DNA of 64,000 nt from Trichoplax adhaerens (Eukaryota; Animalia; Placozoa): NCBI RefSeq assembly GCF_000150275.1, contig NW_002060949.1, positions 1,733,836 through 1,797,835 on the forward strand, written 5' to 3'. The notes under the pieces were generated by a model, which searched no databases, was not told where the DNA came from, and saw nothing but the letters and a program-made list of their open reading frames with translations. Position numbers and translations under genes: made by a program. Below are positions 31,484 through 45,815 of this stretch, piece after piece; positions within the stretch are counted from its first letter, which is position 1, and each line of letters opens with the position of its first letter.

Positions 31484-34400
31484 TTAATATACAAAGCCCA
31501 TCGGATAGTTTGCTTCTTGAATATTAGGTACTTGGCAGGTGTAATGCGTGCTAAAATAGTGGTACAACAAGAGCGTTAACTTTAAATTTATCAGAGTTAA
31601 GAAATTTCATATCAATAACTACTCACGATAATTCTTTTAGGAGTACCAACATTTTCTGTAGCCGGGTAGTCTAAGATATAAACACAGCGTTAGCATGTAA
31701 TTTCAATCAGTTTTCCCGCAAATACTAAGTAAAAGTATTGAAGATTACTGCATTATTCTCAGCAAATTAATTACTTTTTCGTCCGCGTTATGGATAATAT
31801 CTTCAATCGTCATAGCTTTAAATTTTTCAATAGCTATAGAATTATTATCGTACTTCTTTTCGTCGATATCCACTAATGTAACGACATAAAAATATAGGAG
31901 TTAAACACTCTCCTAACAACATTACAAATGAATTAAGTATTGTACAATATAAAGCTAAGCTTGTATAACTTACAGATTGCCGATTTCATTTTACTAAAAG
32001 TTATCAATTCACTGACGTGTCGCCTCTATAATACAGCATAAAACCGAAAAGTTTAGTCTATTAATAAGCTACGCAATGATTGTCATTTCAGCGGTAAATT
32101 AGGAATTATCATGTCAATAATTTCAGAATAACCTTTGGGACAAGAGGTGAACTACCCTCATCGATTACTACAGGTATACTTGTGTATTCGTTGATGCTCA
32201 ATGTGCTTGTACCACCTATGATTGGAACCCAGCAACAAAGAAACAGACAACGAATAAGAATGGATAACAGTTAATTTTTCGACATTTTTATGACAGCAGT
32301 ATTGTATAACCAAATTTATGGCTGAATCATCGAATAGTACTGGCCTGTAATTGGTTTATAGTCCGTAATATCATTTACGCTAATCTTTTCGGTATCAAAT
32401 CCATCAATGTTAAGAGCTTCGATGACTCCGTTGATATCAACCAAGTGCTTATGATTTATAGGTCGGCTATCGTCATCGCTATAAACGGAACTATTCATTA
32501 TATTAGAACTGTGAATTTATCTAAATACCTTACATATTCGAATCAGTCTACCTTCTCTTTTGGGCATGAGCAATAAAAGTTTTCATTGGTAGTAAATGTT
32601 TAGCCTCTTCTTGCCGTAAAGTAATTGTCTTAATTGGTAAAGTAGATCAATAGTTAAAACTCTAATTTAAAATTCCGTACACGGTAGCAGTAATAAAATC
32701 TAAAACAAATAAGATTTAATTAACAACCTTGGCTATCAATTTTTCTAAAGCTTGCAGTAGCTGTAAATGGGCGATTAAATGAAAGATGGCTAATACAACA
32801 CTATGGATAGCCGCTACACAACTTGCAGATGTCATTCCATTGTTTCTAGTTGCAAAATTCTATTGGCATGAAATTTTTAATAGTTACTTATTAGATAAGG
32901 AGTAGATCATCGCAAACTGTTATATAATTTATTATTGCCAAGACAAAATACGTCGATAAATACCTGCAATGTCATTGCAATTCTGATAAATTCGATAATG
33001 ATATCACTACTGTTGACTTCAATAAGTATTAAGGCTGATGTCCGATAGAGCGCAAAGATGTTATCAGGTTTATTGTCTCTGTCTTGAAAGCTTTCAAAAA
33101 TGTTATTAAATAAATCGACCCCTGCCTATTAAAACATTAATTAACTGATATTTAATTTCATATTATACGCACTATCTAATTATTTGCAATAACTTTTACT
33201 ACAATATGATGTCATAGTTTACTTACCCTTTTCATAAACATAAGATCCTGATGAGAGCACTTTTCTACATTTAGATCCCACTCTGACTTTGGAAGTAAGA
33301 TTCTGTGTTTCCATTCATATACAGTAAGAAAAATTAGAAAATGCAATTTGACATACATACTGCTTTGAAGATCATTAATAGTTTAAGTAACCTTGAGGGG
33401 GTTAATCTCGGTAAGTTCTCATGACGGTCGAGCAGTCTATGAAAAACTTTCTGTACCTTTAATCTGACTCCTGTAGTATTAGATAAAAAGATCGTTAAAA
33501 ATGCAGTTAACGTCATGGTATCTAACACCCACAGAAGTCTCTGACGTTTCCTACCTGAGTCAGATGAACGAGATAATCGTAAAAGGGGTTCCAATAATGA
33601 TCTAGGAAATACGCTTGAAAGATTTGAGGTTTTAAGACCTTCACTAATCTAAATATAAGAACAATTAATTTAGAAAGCGAGCCATTAAATTTTTGTGGCA
33701 TGTATTACTGTTCAAACATACCAATCGTTTAGTTAATTACCTTCACAAGGCACTGTAGATACTTGCTTTGAAGAAAGTATTCATTTGAATCTCTACAAAT
33801 CAGTTTACGCAATTATATGATGTTTTTCGTACAGATTGATATAACGAAGGAAAATTTTTATGCGATGCTTCTTAACACTAAAAGCGAACTAAGGACGTAA
33901 AAGAAATAAATAACACACTATCTGTACTTACATTGGGATATTGTCATCGTATACCTCACTAACTGTTGGTATTTTACATGTAATAAATGTCATAACTTCA
34001 ATTTTCTGGTAAGCTGGAAGAGTAGCACCAAAAGCCCCTAAAACGTATAGATTATATTATAAAAGGTAATGATACTAACTACTTCAAATCAACAAAATCG
34101 CGTGTTACGGTTATATTATCAACATGTTATACTATACGTACCCACAACATTAGTAACTGCTTCTTGAAATTTTTTTTCATCTTCAGGAGGAAATGACTAA
34201 TCGGAGAGAAATTTAATTAACAATTGTAACTGCTAACTAAGAGATAGATGGCCCATTAATTTTGGCCGCTCAACATTAACAAACTTTTAAAGTTACAGTA
34301 ACACTTTCATGACGAAATGGGAATATTACCGGTATATCTTTCCGTCGATATTGATTGGAAAAGACAGCAACTGATGATTTCAGATGAAATAGTAGAGTAT

Positions 34401-37400
34401 TGAATACCTCAAAGATTGACGAACCTATAAAATAGGCGTATATGTAAATGTAACAAAGCGTTCATACAAGTTATAGCAGCACCGTTTACGAGATGAGTGA
34501 GCCAGGAATACTGATACTTGCTCTGTCTGTCTATATTCTATCAAATATATCAAATAAGCTGAAAAAATACCTATAGCACCACCGGCAGCTATTGCAATAG
34601 CTTCACCTAAGGCCTCTAAAAGGCTAGTTTTAATTTTCGGATTGTGTTTCGATATATCATTTAGATGGTTAAGTAGGACTTCAATGGCGACATATGAATG
34701 CTGGCTTTGTACCGAACACAAAACCAACTTAAAGCATTGAATGGCAAATGCGTTAGGAAGCCAAAGTTCACAATTATCTAAATGCCTGTAACATATTAGA
34801 ACGTTGTAGAAATTTGTAGATGGTAATAGTTTAACATACACCAACGTTGTAGAGGTACCAAAAGTAAATAAATAATTGATTACTGTTATTTTGTAATTTA
34901 TAGTACATTATAAAAAATACGATATTATCCATACGTTAGTAGAGGTGTTAATACAGCTTTAACGTTAGCGTAATTTGTTCGCGCTAGTAATTCTCTGAGG
35001 CAAAATTCAGCTAGCTTTCCAGGGCTGCTGTCTTCTCCAACAGGTAAGGAGAATTGTTCATCAGCTCGTTCTAAATAACTGTAGAATTTTAAAATTGAGT
35101 GACGTTAACAATCGTATTTTAAAGTTTTTAAATTTCTTTTTGTACCTATCAGATAAATGATCTTGAACAATAAAGAGTAATGATGGGATGATCTTATTCA
35201 TGTGAGCGCTGTCCCAAATGTCGACTTGGAGATCATCGGAAACGGTTTTACGAACAACACCTTGCAAGCCTCGTACTCCTGCTAATCGCTTTCTAGAAGT
35301 GATAAAGAAATTACATTTTATCAACAAAGAACAATTATAAATTTAATACTGATAATGAGGTAACTGTTACACGAATTAAATTGTTAGAAACGCACATACG
35401 TAAATTTACAACTAGCGATTATACTTTATCTACGTATTATATAATCGAAACCGGTGTTACGATTGAAGAATGTTATCATACAGCGATTTGTAATTACTTA
35501 TTTCTAATTTCTTCATTATTGTTAGTATCCCAACACATGGAGCTAAATTTAGATATGAAAAAGTCATATTTCCGATGATACGATGCCGTATCTTCTTCTA
35601 TGTTTGAAAAGGCAACAAACTACAGAAAAGAAAGCATTTTTAAATTAGGAGAACAAGTACATGGCATATTTCAATTTCTTAGTTATTTCTTACTTGTTAA
35701 AATCATTATTGGATATCACGCTATCCAACTTACGTACCGAAGCATTTTAAGAGTTTAATTGTAGTAGATATGATTGCAATTTTGTCTATGTTGTTATATT
35801 TGTGCATATAAACATAATATATATATTGTAAATATATATGGGCTTTATTCTGTATATGAGAATCTGCGTTAATATGAAGGAGACACTGCGGCTAGAATAT
35901 CTAGTTAGAGTCGTAGATACTGTAGTTTTATAATTTTTTCATTATTGCTTCATTTAGTAATCTCGTTTCTCATTGGCATTTTTACAGGGAATTAAAGTTA
36001 AATATTTCGATTTATATCATACTAAAACTCAGAAGTTATTACTTGCATATAAAAACTGATATTGGCGCCATTATCATTTGGATTATAACGTATCTTTTGC
36101 AATCCCAAAAGTTTATTAGTCAGTTAAAGTAAAGTGCGGTGGAATACATCACTAAATCTTTTATGGCATTAACATTAGTAAAATGGGTCAATGACTAGAT
36201 GTTATATCCAAGCAATTGTTAAAGTTCTAAATTGCTAAAAGAATAATAAATATTACGAGAAAGCCAGAAACAATTACCCGCAATTATGGCTATCTGAAAA
36301 GGTTGTGAGTTTCCAGTAGAGTAACTATTACTGTATGTCAGCAGTATACTTGCATACCTGAGCTAGCATGAATTCAGAATTCGCTACAATAGAGTATCTG
36401 TAATAGTATGCTACTTCAAATGTTTTTGTATAGAAGTGTGGATATATCTACGAAAGTCAAATGGTGCACTATAAATCTGTAATAACCATGCTACAATTGT
36501 AATAAGGTGTTATAATATCCAGTCATCAAAATGTCTGTGATTCTAGTAAGGTTCTATTGCAGCAGCATAGACGACTATTTCATCAACAATTATAAAGTAT
36601 ATCATTTATTCTTATTAGATCAATAGTAACTAATAGTAACTATGGTAGTGCAATGGATCATTAGCCAATCAAGAGCCTATCTATTGGGATATAATAACCT
36701 GTACACTAATCATGAAACACTACTAATAACTTCATATTAAGTAAGCATAGCGGCTTGATCAATTAAAACTAAACATGGTAGTTGGTTGACATTGGTATCG
36801 ATTATGATAATATAATTGTTATTCCTTTGCCACATACCGAATTAGTTCCTAAGACTTGTAATTCAACATCTTGGGATTCTAGTAGTTTTTCAATCATTTT
36901 TAAAAAACTACCGATAAAAAGATTTAGGCTAGGTGCATGACAAGCCATTAATAACCTATCCATAGCAGCCACAGTAATACAGGCATATCTAGATAAAAGG
37001 ATAGGATTAGAGTTGAATAAGAATAAGAGGCAAGATAATGACATACGCGTAGTGTACAACTGAACATGTATTTGTTATCGCTAGTTTGTATGTTATTTTA
37101 ATATCAGGTATTTTCTACTTCAAATAGAAATGAACATTGATTTTGTATGGTCTGATAAAAGTGACTAGTACTGTATAAGGCTTACAATTTATACATAAAA
37201 TGTTGTGAACAATTGATATATGATGAAAAATGATCACTGTACGGCATGGATTCATCGTATAGTTGTCATAATGGACAGGCTTGTGATATTCACATACTGT
37301 ACTATCCATTGTCGTGTTCTCATCCTCTACACGAATGGAATCTAGGAGTTTATTGTATCTAATTGATTTTATAAACATGTTACAGCTCAATATAGGTAAA

Positions 37401-37981
37401 AAAAAGTAGGTGATCGCTTTAAATTTGTCGATATTGACTATGAATTGTGGAGCCTTTTTTTAAAAATCGGAATAGTTGTCTAATCGCTCTATTATCATTA
37501 TCGTAGTTATTGTCTGTTGTATCTAATTAACTATGTAGAGCATAGAATAAGTCCGACAAAATGCAACTATTATAAAGAAAGGAGATTGCTGTTAGCCTGT
37601 ACTATGTTTAATTGAATAGTCATGAGTTGGCTTTTTATAATTTATATTGATAGTAGAAATATCTAGTATCGTCTTATCATCAGCTTGTGACAGCAGGATC
37701 AGTCCTATCAGTATTATCCAGTAGATTGTAATCAATTCTATGAATTATTATTATTATTATGGATTCTACCTGGCCCGGTTGCGGTATAAATCTCGACATA
37801 ATCGCTGATACATATACTTGGCAATTCGATCTAATTTTTGATGATGTGATAAAGCGTAGAAGAGTAATTTTTCCATGTTATTCTTGATTAGGCCTTCAGA
37901 AGGATCAGCTGGGTAGATATTATTAACCAGGCGTTTATAACGTGCGCGAAATCGAGGACAAGTACACCGTAAGCATGCCAT
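31484..37981 (-). CDS. EFR3: EFR3 homologue (plasma-membrane anchor of PI4KIIIalpha)
   Basis: Cys-rich N-terminus MACLRCTCPRFRARYKRLVNNIYP..MEKLLFYALSHHQKLDRIAKY; AMDRLLMACH; FSNIEEDTASYHRKYDFFISKFSSMC; RLAGVRGLQGVVRKTVSDDLQVDIW; HLDN..W; C-terminus ..QEANYPMGFVY*. Confidence 0.96.
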
Positions 37982-38546
37982 GTTCTACTCGCTGTCAATT
38001 TGGCCGGACTAGGTGATCTTCTTGTTAATGAGTGAATAGTTGTTCAACTTGTGGTAGCCTTAGAATTGCCCTACTACAGTAGTAAGATCTTCTCATCCAC
38101 TAGAACATAATACAGTAAGGACAGAATTTGGGTCAAATTGTGTGGAGTTTGCGCCTGAAATAGTCTCAGATATTCATTGAAAAATGGACCATTTTCCTCA
38201 AACCATGGTAGCCATTGGCAGTGTAATGCTGCAGTTGGCTTGCTGTGCAGTACGCACACTCGACCGTATCCAGTACTGGAACTGCAATCTGGAGACAAGC
38301 GTGCTTCGTACTGTAGCCTGAAGACTTTTAACTGTAGCTTTTCGGACCAAGGCGTCAGTATTTCAGACAGACGGACGAAGGTTCCCTCTACATTATTCGA
38401 CCAAAGGGAGTCGTTGGTTTGGTCTGAATCCTCTCGAAGGGACTCAGTTTTGCACAGTCCATTGATTGACTTTGGGTCGATGAACTGATTAGCTATTACC
38501 TGTTTATTATTCATTCTAGCCGCAATACGTCGCACCGCCAAAGCTG

Positions 38547-39000
38547 CGCCATTTTATTTCAACAGGGTTTGTTGGCAACATTCCATCTTTAGTCTGTCTG
38601 TCTGAAACACAGTACTGTACACTGTACAGTGTTCAGTACACTATACTACAGTACAGTACTGTTCTATAAAAACATTGGTTTTATAGTACAGGAAAGTCCC
38701 TAGATAGTCATGGTGCAGTACTGTACAGTAGTGATTTTTGGTGAAAAATAGAATACTGTACACTGTTTATTTTCTCTTTAGATATACAGTACTGTACTGT
38801 ACACACACATCGTCTTTAATTTCGTTTTAGATACTTTAACCGGGAAAAAATGGAACGAAAATTAACGTGCAAATACAGTAGTTTATACCAATATCTAGCA
38901 ATCAATTTCGTTTATACAGTATACTGTACGGTACAGTACCGAACAGTACAACCCCAGCAGTCACTTTCCTGTACTGTACTGTACAGTACAGTACCGTACC
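38547..39000. promoter_or_regulatory. Bidirectional promoter core between EFR3 and MCPH1: TACAGTA/TACTGTA cloud plus YY1-like GCGCCATTTT
   Basis: Motif cloud ~38609-39000 between divergently oriented genes; GCGCCATTTT at ~38547-38556. Confidence 0.55.
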
Positions 39001-39132
39001 TGAAAGTGCATGGTATGATCTGGTCCGGTCCGGACAGTCTGTACTCAGGTAGCGCCAGTGAGCCACCATCCTTCCTGCTTGCCCATCCGTATTGGAAATG
39101 AAGCACGCATTCGCAATGATCGATCGATAGTA

Positions 39133-39352
39133 TGACGTAACACGATGATAGCCAATCAAATTATCGATTCTGAAACCGCGAAAATTAATAGTTGGCAATC
39201 CTCTATTGACGAGGACGCAACATCAAGCTAAAAATAATGGTCAAATGAGCCTAAACAGATCGATGTATGCGTATTACTATAGCCAATTATCCACATCAAT
39301 TCGGCTACAATAAAGTGGTGCTAAACAGGAACGAACTCGTACTAGGCGCGCT
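39133..39352 (+). promoter_or_regulatory. Cell-cycle-type promoter elements upstream of MCPH1 (E2F-like, CCAAT, CRE-like)
   Basis: CCGCGAAAA 39176-39184 (reverse complement TTTTCGCGG), GGCGCGCTTT ~39345, AGCCAAT ~39150 and ~39281, TGACGTAA 39133-39140; a non-coding first exon probably ends at CGA|GTAAGT ~39569. Confidence 0.4.
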
Positions 39353-39994
39353 TTAATAAACAACGAATCAATTCCATTTGCATCTTTCGATGCAAAGCGT
39401 GGCAGGTAGTAGCAACCCAGTACTGGATTAGTAGTCGTATGACAGCCATCTTTCACTGCGGAAAGCCAAAGAAATTGCGACTTCTTCTATCCAAATCTGC
39501 TTTGATTGTGTGAAATTTTACAAGCAAACTTGTAAATTGTAGAGTTTGGCCTTTCTCAACTACGAAACGAGTAAGTAAACGTTAAAAATTTGCCAACAAT
39601 GATCATGTCATTCTGGGAAAGATGAAAATTCCCATCATGGAGTGATTTCATTTTTATGGATTGCACGCAAGCCTTCGTAACTTGTCATCGATTATAGCAG
39701 ATCGATAGTAATTTCGTGAACTATTTTACACAAGTCTCTATTCATTAGTCGATATGATTGTATTATGATAGAGGACTAGATTGTATAAAAGAGTGCAGAA
39801 TTCCTGAAAGGAGTACGAATGATATTGACAATGTATCACCTTGTTTGCATTGAATTCGAATGCCTACGGGCAACGATAGAATACTGTAACTGCAGTAGGA
39901 GCTATCAATTTTCCTAATCATTCTTATTGACTGTCATTTTTTTCCTTACCAATTAAGGAATAGAAATTGACATTGGAATCCTTAATACTGTAAA

Positions 39995-42900
39995 ATGCTT
40001 CCTCATCAACAACAAGTAAACTCATCATCATCAGGTACGTACTGTAGATACGTGGACGATCATTATCGACGATAGGCTGAACTCATGTTATGATCCACGT
40101 TGATACAGATAATATTGATAATAATCCGATGGCCTTAACCCTATTACTAGGATAGGTTCTAGATTTAAATTACATCATTACAGTTGTTATAACATATCGT
40201 GACTACGTATGTTTGCAGTACATCTGTCTCGTAACTTGCAGGCACATCTACATCAAGAGACATATCATGAAATCAACGTGACAAAAACTCAAATAAGACA
40301 CTTAGCATTGAATGGAACATGTTGAAGCGTTTATGAATAGTTCAGTTTTGATACAGTATATAATCAGTATTGTCCAAAAGCTTCATTAGATACGATATTA
40401 AAATTACGTTCTAACTAATTCACAGTAGTGAATAGTTTATACCTGGATTATACTAGATAGATATTATTCACTCTATCTCAATAATGCATTTACGAATTAT
40501 TCATTCACACAGGAATTTTATCTGATGTTGTCGCCTATGTTGAAGTGCGATCCAGCCAGGAAGATCGTAGTGCTAGCGTTAATCATCAGCTTATGAATAT
40601 GGGAGCAGAAGTAAGTATACCGATTGTAATCAGTAATGGATTGATCATATAATTGTTACTAGGTATCTGCACTCATATCGTATCATACAATGCATAACAT
40701 GCTCATAAGCTATGGCTTGGCTTAACTTATGCTATTAATTATCAGCAGATCGAAGAAGAGGGCAACAGCGCTGTACCTTGTGTTCTCTAACTTACAGTAC
40801 ACTGGTATCAATTATTATGATGCAAAGTTAGCAAAAGGCTTACATTGTTATCAAGCAGTTATACAAAAGCTGGAGATTGTTAGCGAAAACATTAAATCTT
40901 GAAACTACATTACTCTATTATACTCGTAATTAATGTTTCACATGACCATCGTATTTTAGTTACCGTGAAAACACAAGGAATTGTGGAAAAAAACGTATGC
41001 ATCACTTTTTGATAAACAGGATAAAAAGTTCAAACTGATCCTCTTAACTTTTACTCTTATTGATGTGATATAACTACAGTAATAATTAATTCATCACTGC
41101 GGCATTAATGATTTAGCCAGCATATGACTAGAGGGTTATTATAAATCTTGAAAGGTCAATTGCAAAGGATTTTACTGGACAGCTTTAGTATGAGTGCTCT
41201 ATGTACTGTATAGCACCCAAAGTATGTCATGAATACATTAATTATTATGTTCTCATAGGCTTGTTAACTCATTGCGTTACTTGCAATTAACAATGGATTC
41301 TTTCATTTTGTTCGCAGGTTGTTAACAAACTATCCAAGCGAGTGACACACATTGTAAATCTTTAGTAATAAAATTTTACATCTACTTTTCAAGTAGTACA
41401 TTTTGATTACATTCATAATTATAGCGCTCTCTATTTTAAGGTTTACAAAACCGGTAAGAAATCAACAGTTGAAACTGCCCGAAAAAACAGTACTCCGTTA
41501 CTCAATGTTCTGTGGGTTGATAGGTATAAACGCATAGATTGCTTTCCATAGTATAGAAGAAATAATGAGATTCAAAAGTTGGGAAAGATTGCTGTTGATT
41601 TACGCGTACTTATTCCTTTCGTTTAGTTGTAAACAAAGCAGCGAGAAAGTATCTATTGACAATTTCATTATAGACTATGATGATGCTCTATCTACCAGTA
41701 CGAATAAGGTATTCCTTGCTATATTAGCAACTTTTTAGAAGTGGCACAGATCTTAACAGCTGTAGACAATACGAAGGAATAAGTTTTTGATTATATCTTA
41801 TCGCAGAGACTTCGTCCAACGTTGGAAATTTCGTCTAGTAAAAGATCTAAAGTACCGCCCGGAAAGGATAAAATTGAAAAGCAATCGAAAACTCCAGTGT
41901 CTGCAACTAGTTCGGAAAGTAAATTACAAAAGCGGACAACGTTAGAGAAAGAAAATAAAAACACTGCAGAATCTACTCCTAAGCCAAAGAAATCTTTATC
42001 TTTATCAAAGAAATCATGGAAGAAACAGAATGGAACTCCTTCTGCAAGTTTCAAACCAGGTATCTATCTCATCATTCTGTAAAAAATAACGGAAATTTTA
42101 AAAATGGTATAATGGCGATACTATGATCCGACAAAATCATCCCTGCTAAGCGCTGATTAGAAGCCTCTTTTCTTAAAACCTTCTGATTGTTTTACTAGCT
42201 TCAATTGCAATTTTGTGCGAAGAAACTCAAGATATTTCCCTACAAGTACGTCAAAATAATTTTCGTGTTTCGTCGGTAGCCATATTCACGTAACCGGAGT
42301 TAGTATTTATGTCAATATCATTTTTTCGTGATATACAATACTATCTAGAGCGCTGGTACGCCATCTCAGCCTGGAAAACCAATACCCGTAACACCTGACG
42401 AAAGCTCTGGTGGAGGTAAGATAGCAGAAATAGGTGATAGTATTCATATAATCTCTTGTAATTTATTCTAATTATTTCTTTCTCTACACCTAAATTTTAC
42501 CCGAAAAGGAGATGCAGTTTCCGAAAGTGTTAAATCTAACGAATCCGAAAAATCATCTCTTAACCTTAAACGACGACTCAACTTTAAAGGTTGATGGTGC
42601 ATAATTCTTTAGCACAATTCTTAACTAATACAGTTTAGGTGATATATCTTTCAAATTTTTAACTAATAGAGACCGTAACTACTGGAAAGGTTAAAAAGGC
42701 TAGAAAAATAACTAAAAGTTAGTTATTGTTAGCTTATCATCCTATTTCTTGAGTTCAATTTCATGCATGCTGTAGTTAAGTCGTATCGTTGCACTGCACA
42801 ATTTTTTAGCAACAGACGTAAAAGAAGAACAGAGCAATAAAGAAAGTCAAGAGATTGTCGCAGAAAGCGTCTATATGGAAGATGGCGGATTATCTTCACA

Positions 42901-44576
42901 AGAGAACAATGCTCTTCTAGGCAACACTCCCTCCAAATTTCCGGGTTCGCGGCGGGATATTCGAGAAATCTTAAAAAAAACCAAAAAAGTAAAAAGACCA
43001 AAGGAAAAGGTACAGTATTTGATTTAGGGTAATACGCCATATGCGTATAGCAAATATTGAGTTCTATCCGAATTTTTTCAATTATTATTATTATTATTAT
43101 TACAGCAGTTATTAGCAATAAGGTCTTCTTCTTTAAATGTAATCACTGCTAAATGACCTCATTTATGGATAGGTAAAGAAGCATTTGGTATTAAGTTGTA
43201 TGCAGCTTAAGTAAGTTTCAAAATACTTCATATTACCTTATATAGTCTATTTATATGTTTAACGCATGGCAAATGTTTGTTATACAGTGATCGGAAAATG
43301 GCGCAAGAAATTGTAGATAAACTAGGATTATTTAAAATCATAGAAAGTGTGGACGAAAAGACGACGCATGTTGTTACTGGTACATCTCGGCGAACGCTCA
43401 ATGTCATCTATGCAATGCTTCGTGGCTGTTGGGTCCTTTCGATAGATTGGTTGTTTCACTCTATATGTAAAGAGAGATGGGCTGACGAGAGAGAATTTCA
43501 ATTAGCCGATGATTTTCCAGCTCTACAGAAGTATCGACTGGAAGATCGGTCGCAGTCGGAGAGTACCTTAAAAAAGTTATTTTCATCATACAACAACGCG
43601 ATTTATGTGTGCAAAAAATGTCAACCTCCTCGCGATGATATCATTAATATCTTAAATCTATGCTCAATCAAAACGTCTAATACTTTTAGAAATGCTGCGC
43701 TGGTGATCGGTAACGAGAGCTTTCCCAAGTGGTACAATGTGCCTTGTGTTTCTGAAAGATGGATTTTGGGTTAGTACTAACACTAATAGGAATCTATTGA
43801 AGCTTTATTCACGACTACGCTTAACCTATCTACATTAAGCACATATTATTATACCATATCTGAAAGTAGTTCTTTCATTGTCGCCAGTGGTATTATATCA
43901 ATACAGCAGTACTTAAATTTAGTTGAACTATCTGAAACATTTGCTAAATTGATGGTGACATCCGCTTTTGCATTCCAACACGAATATGAGAGTGTGATAA
44001 AGTGATCTTCAAAACAATAAATCAAGAACTACAGTTTCTTGCAAATTTCACTTTATTACAGAAGTTAGGTTCGTCTAACTACCAAGGACTATCTGACTAT
44101 CTGACATCTACTTATTACAGCAAAATTCACGATTTATATACGATTAGTTACAGAATGCTTTTACTGTAACAAATCTTATCTTGCCCATTAAGTCGCAAGA
44201 TCAGATCTAAATTTACTATCGCGCAATCTATTCATAATTCGCGCGTCTATTTAAAGCATTACAATACTAACATACTTAGCGCAAATCTGTTTACAGTATA
44301 TCTCAGATCTTTATATAAACATCTTAATAGATTCACTACAATACGTACTGTAAACATCTTCTACAAATAGACTCTTACACAATCTTACACTCTAGCTTAC
44401 AAGTTAAGTTATTCTCGTACAGTCTTATAATAGTAATCTAAGCTATATTTGGGGCTGCACTACAGAGAGTATCATTTTTCCATTTAAATTTATCTTATTT
44501 CGTTGCAGATTCCATATGTCAAGGTCGTTTGTTACCGAAAGAGGATTATCTTAAGGACTTATCACAGAAATCTTAA
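39995..44576 (+). CDS. MCPH1: Microcephalin (N-terminal BRCT, low-complexity middle, tandem C-terminal BRCTs)
   Basis: MLPHQQQ.. joined in phase to ILSDVVAYVEVRSS..QLMNMGAEVVNKLSKRVTHIVYK..LLNVLWVDSC (matches the MCPH1 N-BRCT); C-terminal TTHVV..RRTLNVIYAMLRGCWVLSIDW..LF..VSERWILDSI; stop 44574-44576. Confidence 0.93.
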
Positions 44577-45815
44577 GTAATATTGTACAAATACTTTATC
44601 AAGAATTATCTTGCATTATACAGCACCATCAAATATTGCTCAAAATGCGGGATGTATAGTACAGTACATCACGTATCTACTGCTATACGTAGTGTTATTC
44701 AGCTTAACTATGTAAAAGAATACAACGAAATTTTATGTCATACGCTATTCAATTATTGGATTGCTTAATTTCATAAATTCATCGCGAATTACAGTACCAT
44801 GTTTGAAATTTACGATGTTGTAATTAGGGTAATCATCAACATGTCGATGATATGATTGTGCGGCTGCAATGCATTTGTTTTTAAGTTATTTGTTCCGTAC
44901 AATCGTATGTCCTTTTCCTGTTTATGGCTCCATTTCTAATGATCCTGCTAGTAGTACTGTTTATGTTGGTTCTAAATTAAGCAACAAGTTGAATGAAACT
45001 TGAAAGAAGTACAATAGATACATAACATAACATAATTTATAATTTTATTGAAAAATTAGAATCGTTCCCTTATCTTCAGATTCTAATTACTGTACTTTAT
45101 TATCGTAGTCACTGCAATTGTTTTACCATCAGATATCTCTTTATGTTATTTAGTCGCGTATAATAGAGTATTTGTAAAGTAATGGTCGTCGTCTATACTG
45201 TGTGGTATCGATTACTGCATCATTATATTTTAACTTGTAACTCTGAAATTGAGTCAAAAATTATGAGAAACAGTATTAACAGGACATCATACCTCGACGG
45301 AAACAATACAGTACTGTTCATTGGATATGTTTATGGATTTTTGATCAGTTCGCTATCGATCTAAACTAATAAAATCATATCCGCGACATAAAAATAGTTA
45401 TCACTCTTCCCTAGCGACAGGACTCATTAGGGAATAGCCGAAGTGCATAGACAACTGACCATGCGTTGTAGCTACGAAATCGATAAAGGTATTTCCAGAA
45501 GTATACTACAGTACTGTTCAGAGGTATTAACATTAGAATCAGATATAAGATATCTGCACTATTCGGCCTTTACTCTACATCGTGCGCACGAGGTGATACA
45601 CTAGTCTAATTACACAGCACCTTCACTGTGATATGACGTTCTGCTATTTAACCTATTAATTAATTAATTATACGAAGATCAAATATGATCGTCCAGCTAG
45701 CGTTGTCCGAAACCATACTATCAATGCTGGGCAAATTTTCTTGAATCCTTCGTCCCAGATTGCTAGTTGTTTTGGCTTAGCGGAATTGAGATAAGGCGCC
45801 ATTAAAGTAAAAATC

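Noticed and set aside
38074-38541. 155-aa minus ORF and overlapping 103-aa plus ORF upstream of EFR3
   Set aside because: No recognisable domain; they lie in a GC-richer promoter/leader region and a good splice donor at ~38500 suggests most of it is intron.
41791-43118. Minus-strand ORFs 41791-42054 and 42729-43118 (likewise 8299-8511, 12987-13272, 26692-26916, 62519-62725)
   Set aside because: Antisense shadows of real exons of MCPH1, the adhesion GPCR, TRNAU1AP, UCKL1 and CC2D2A.
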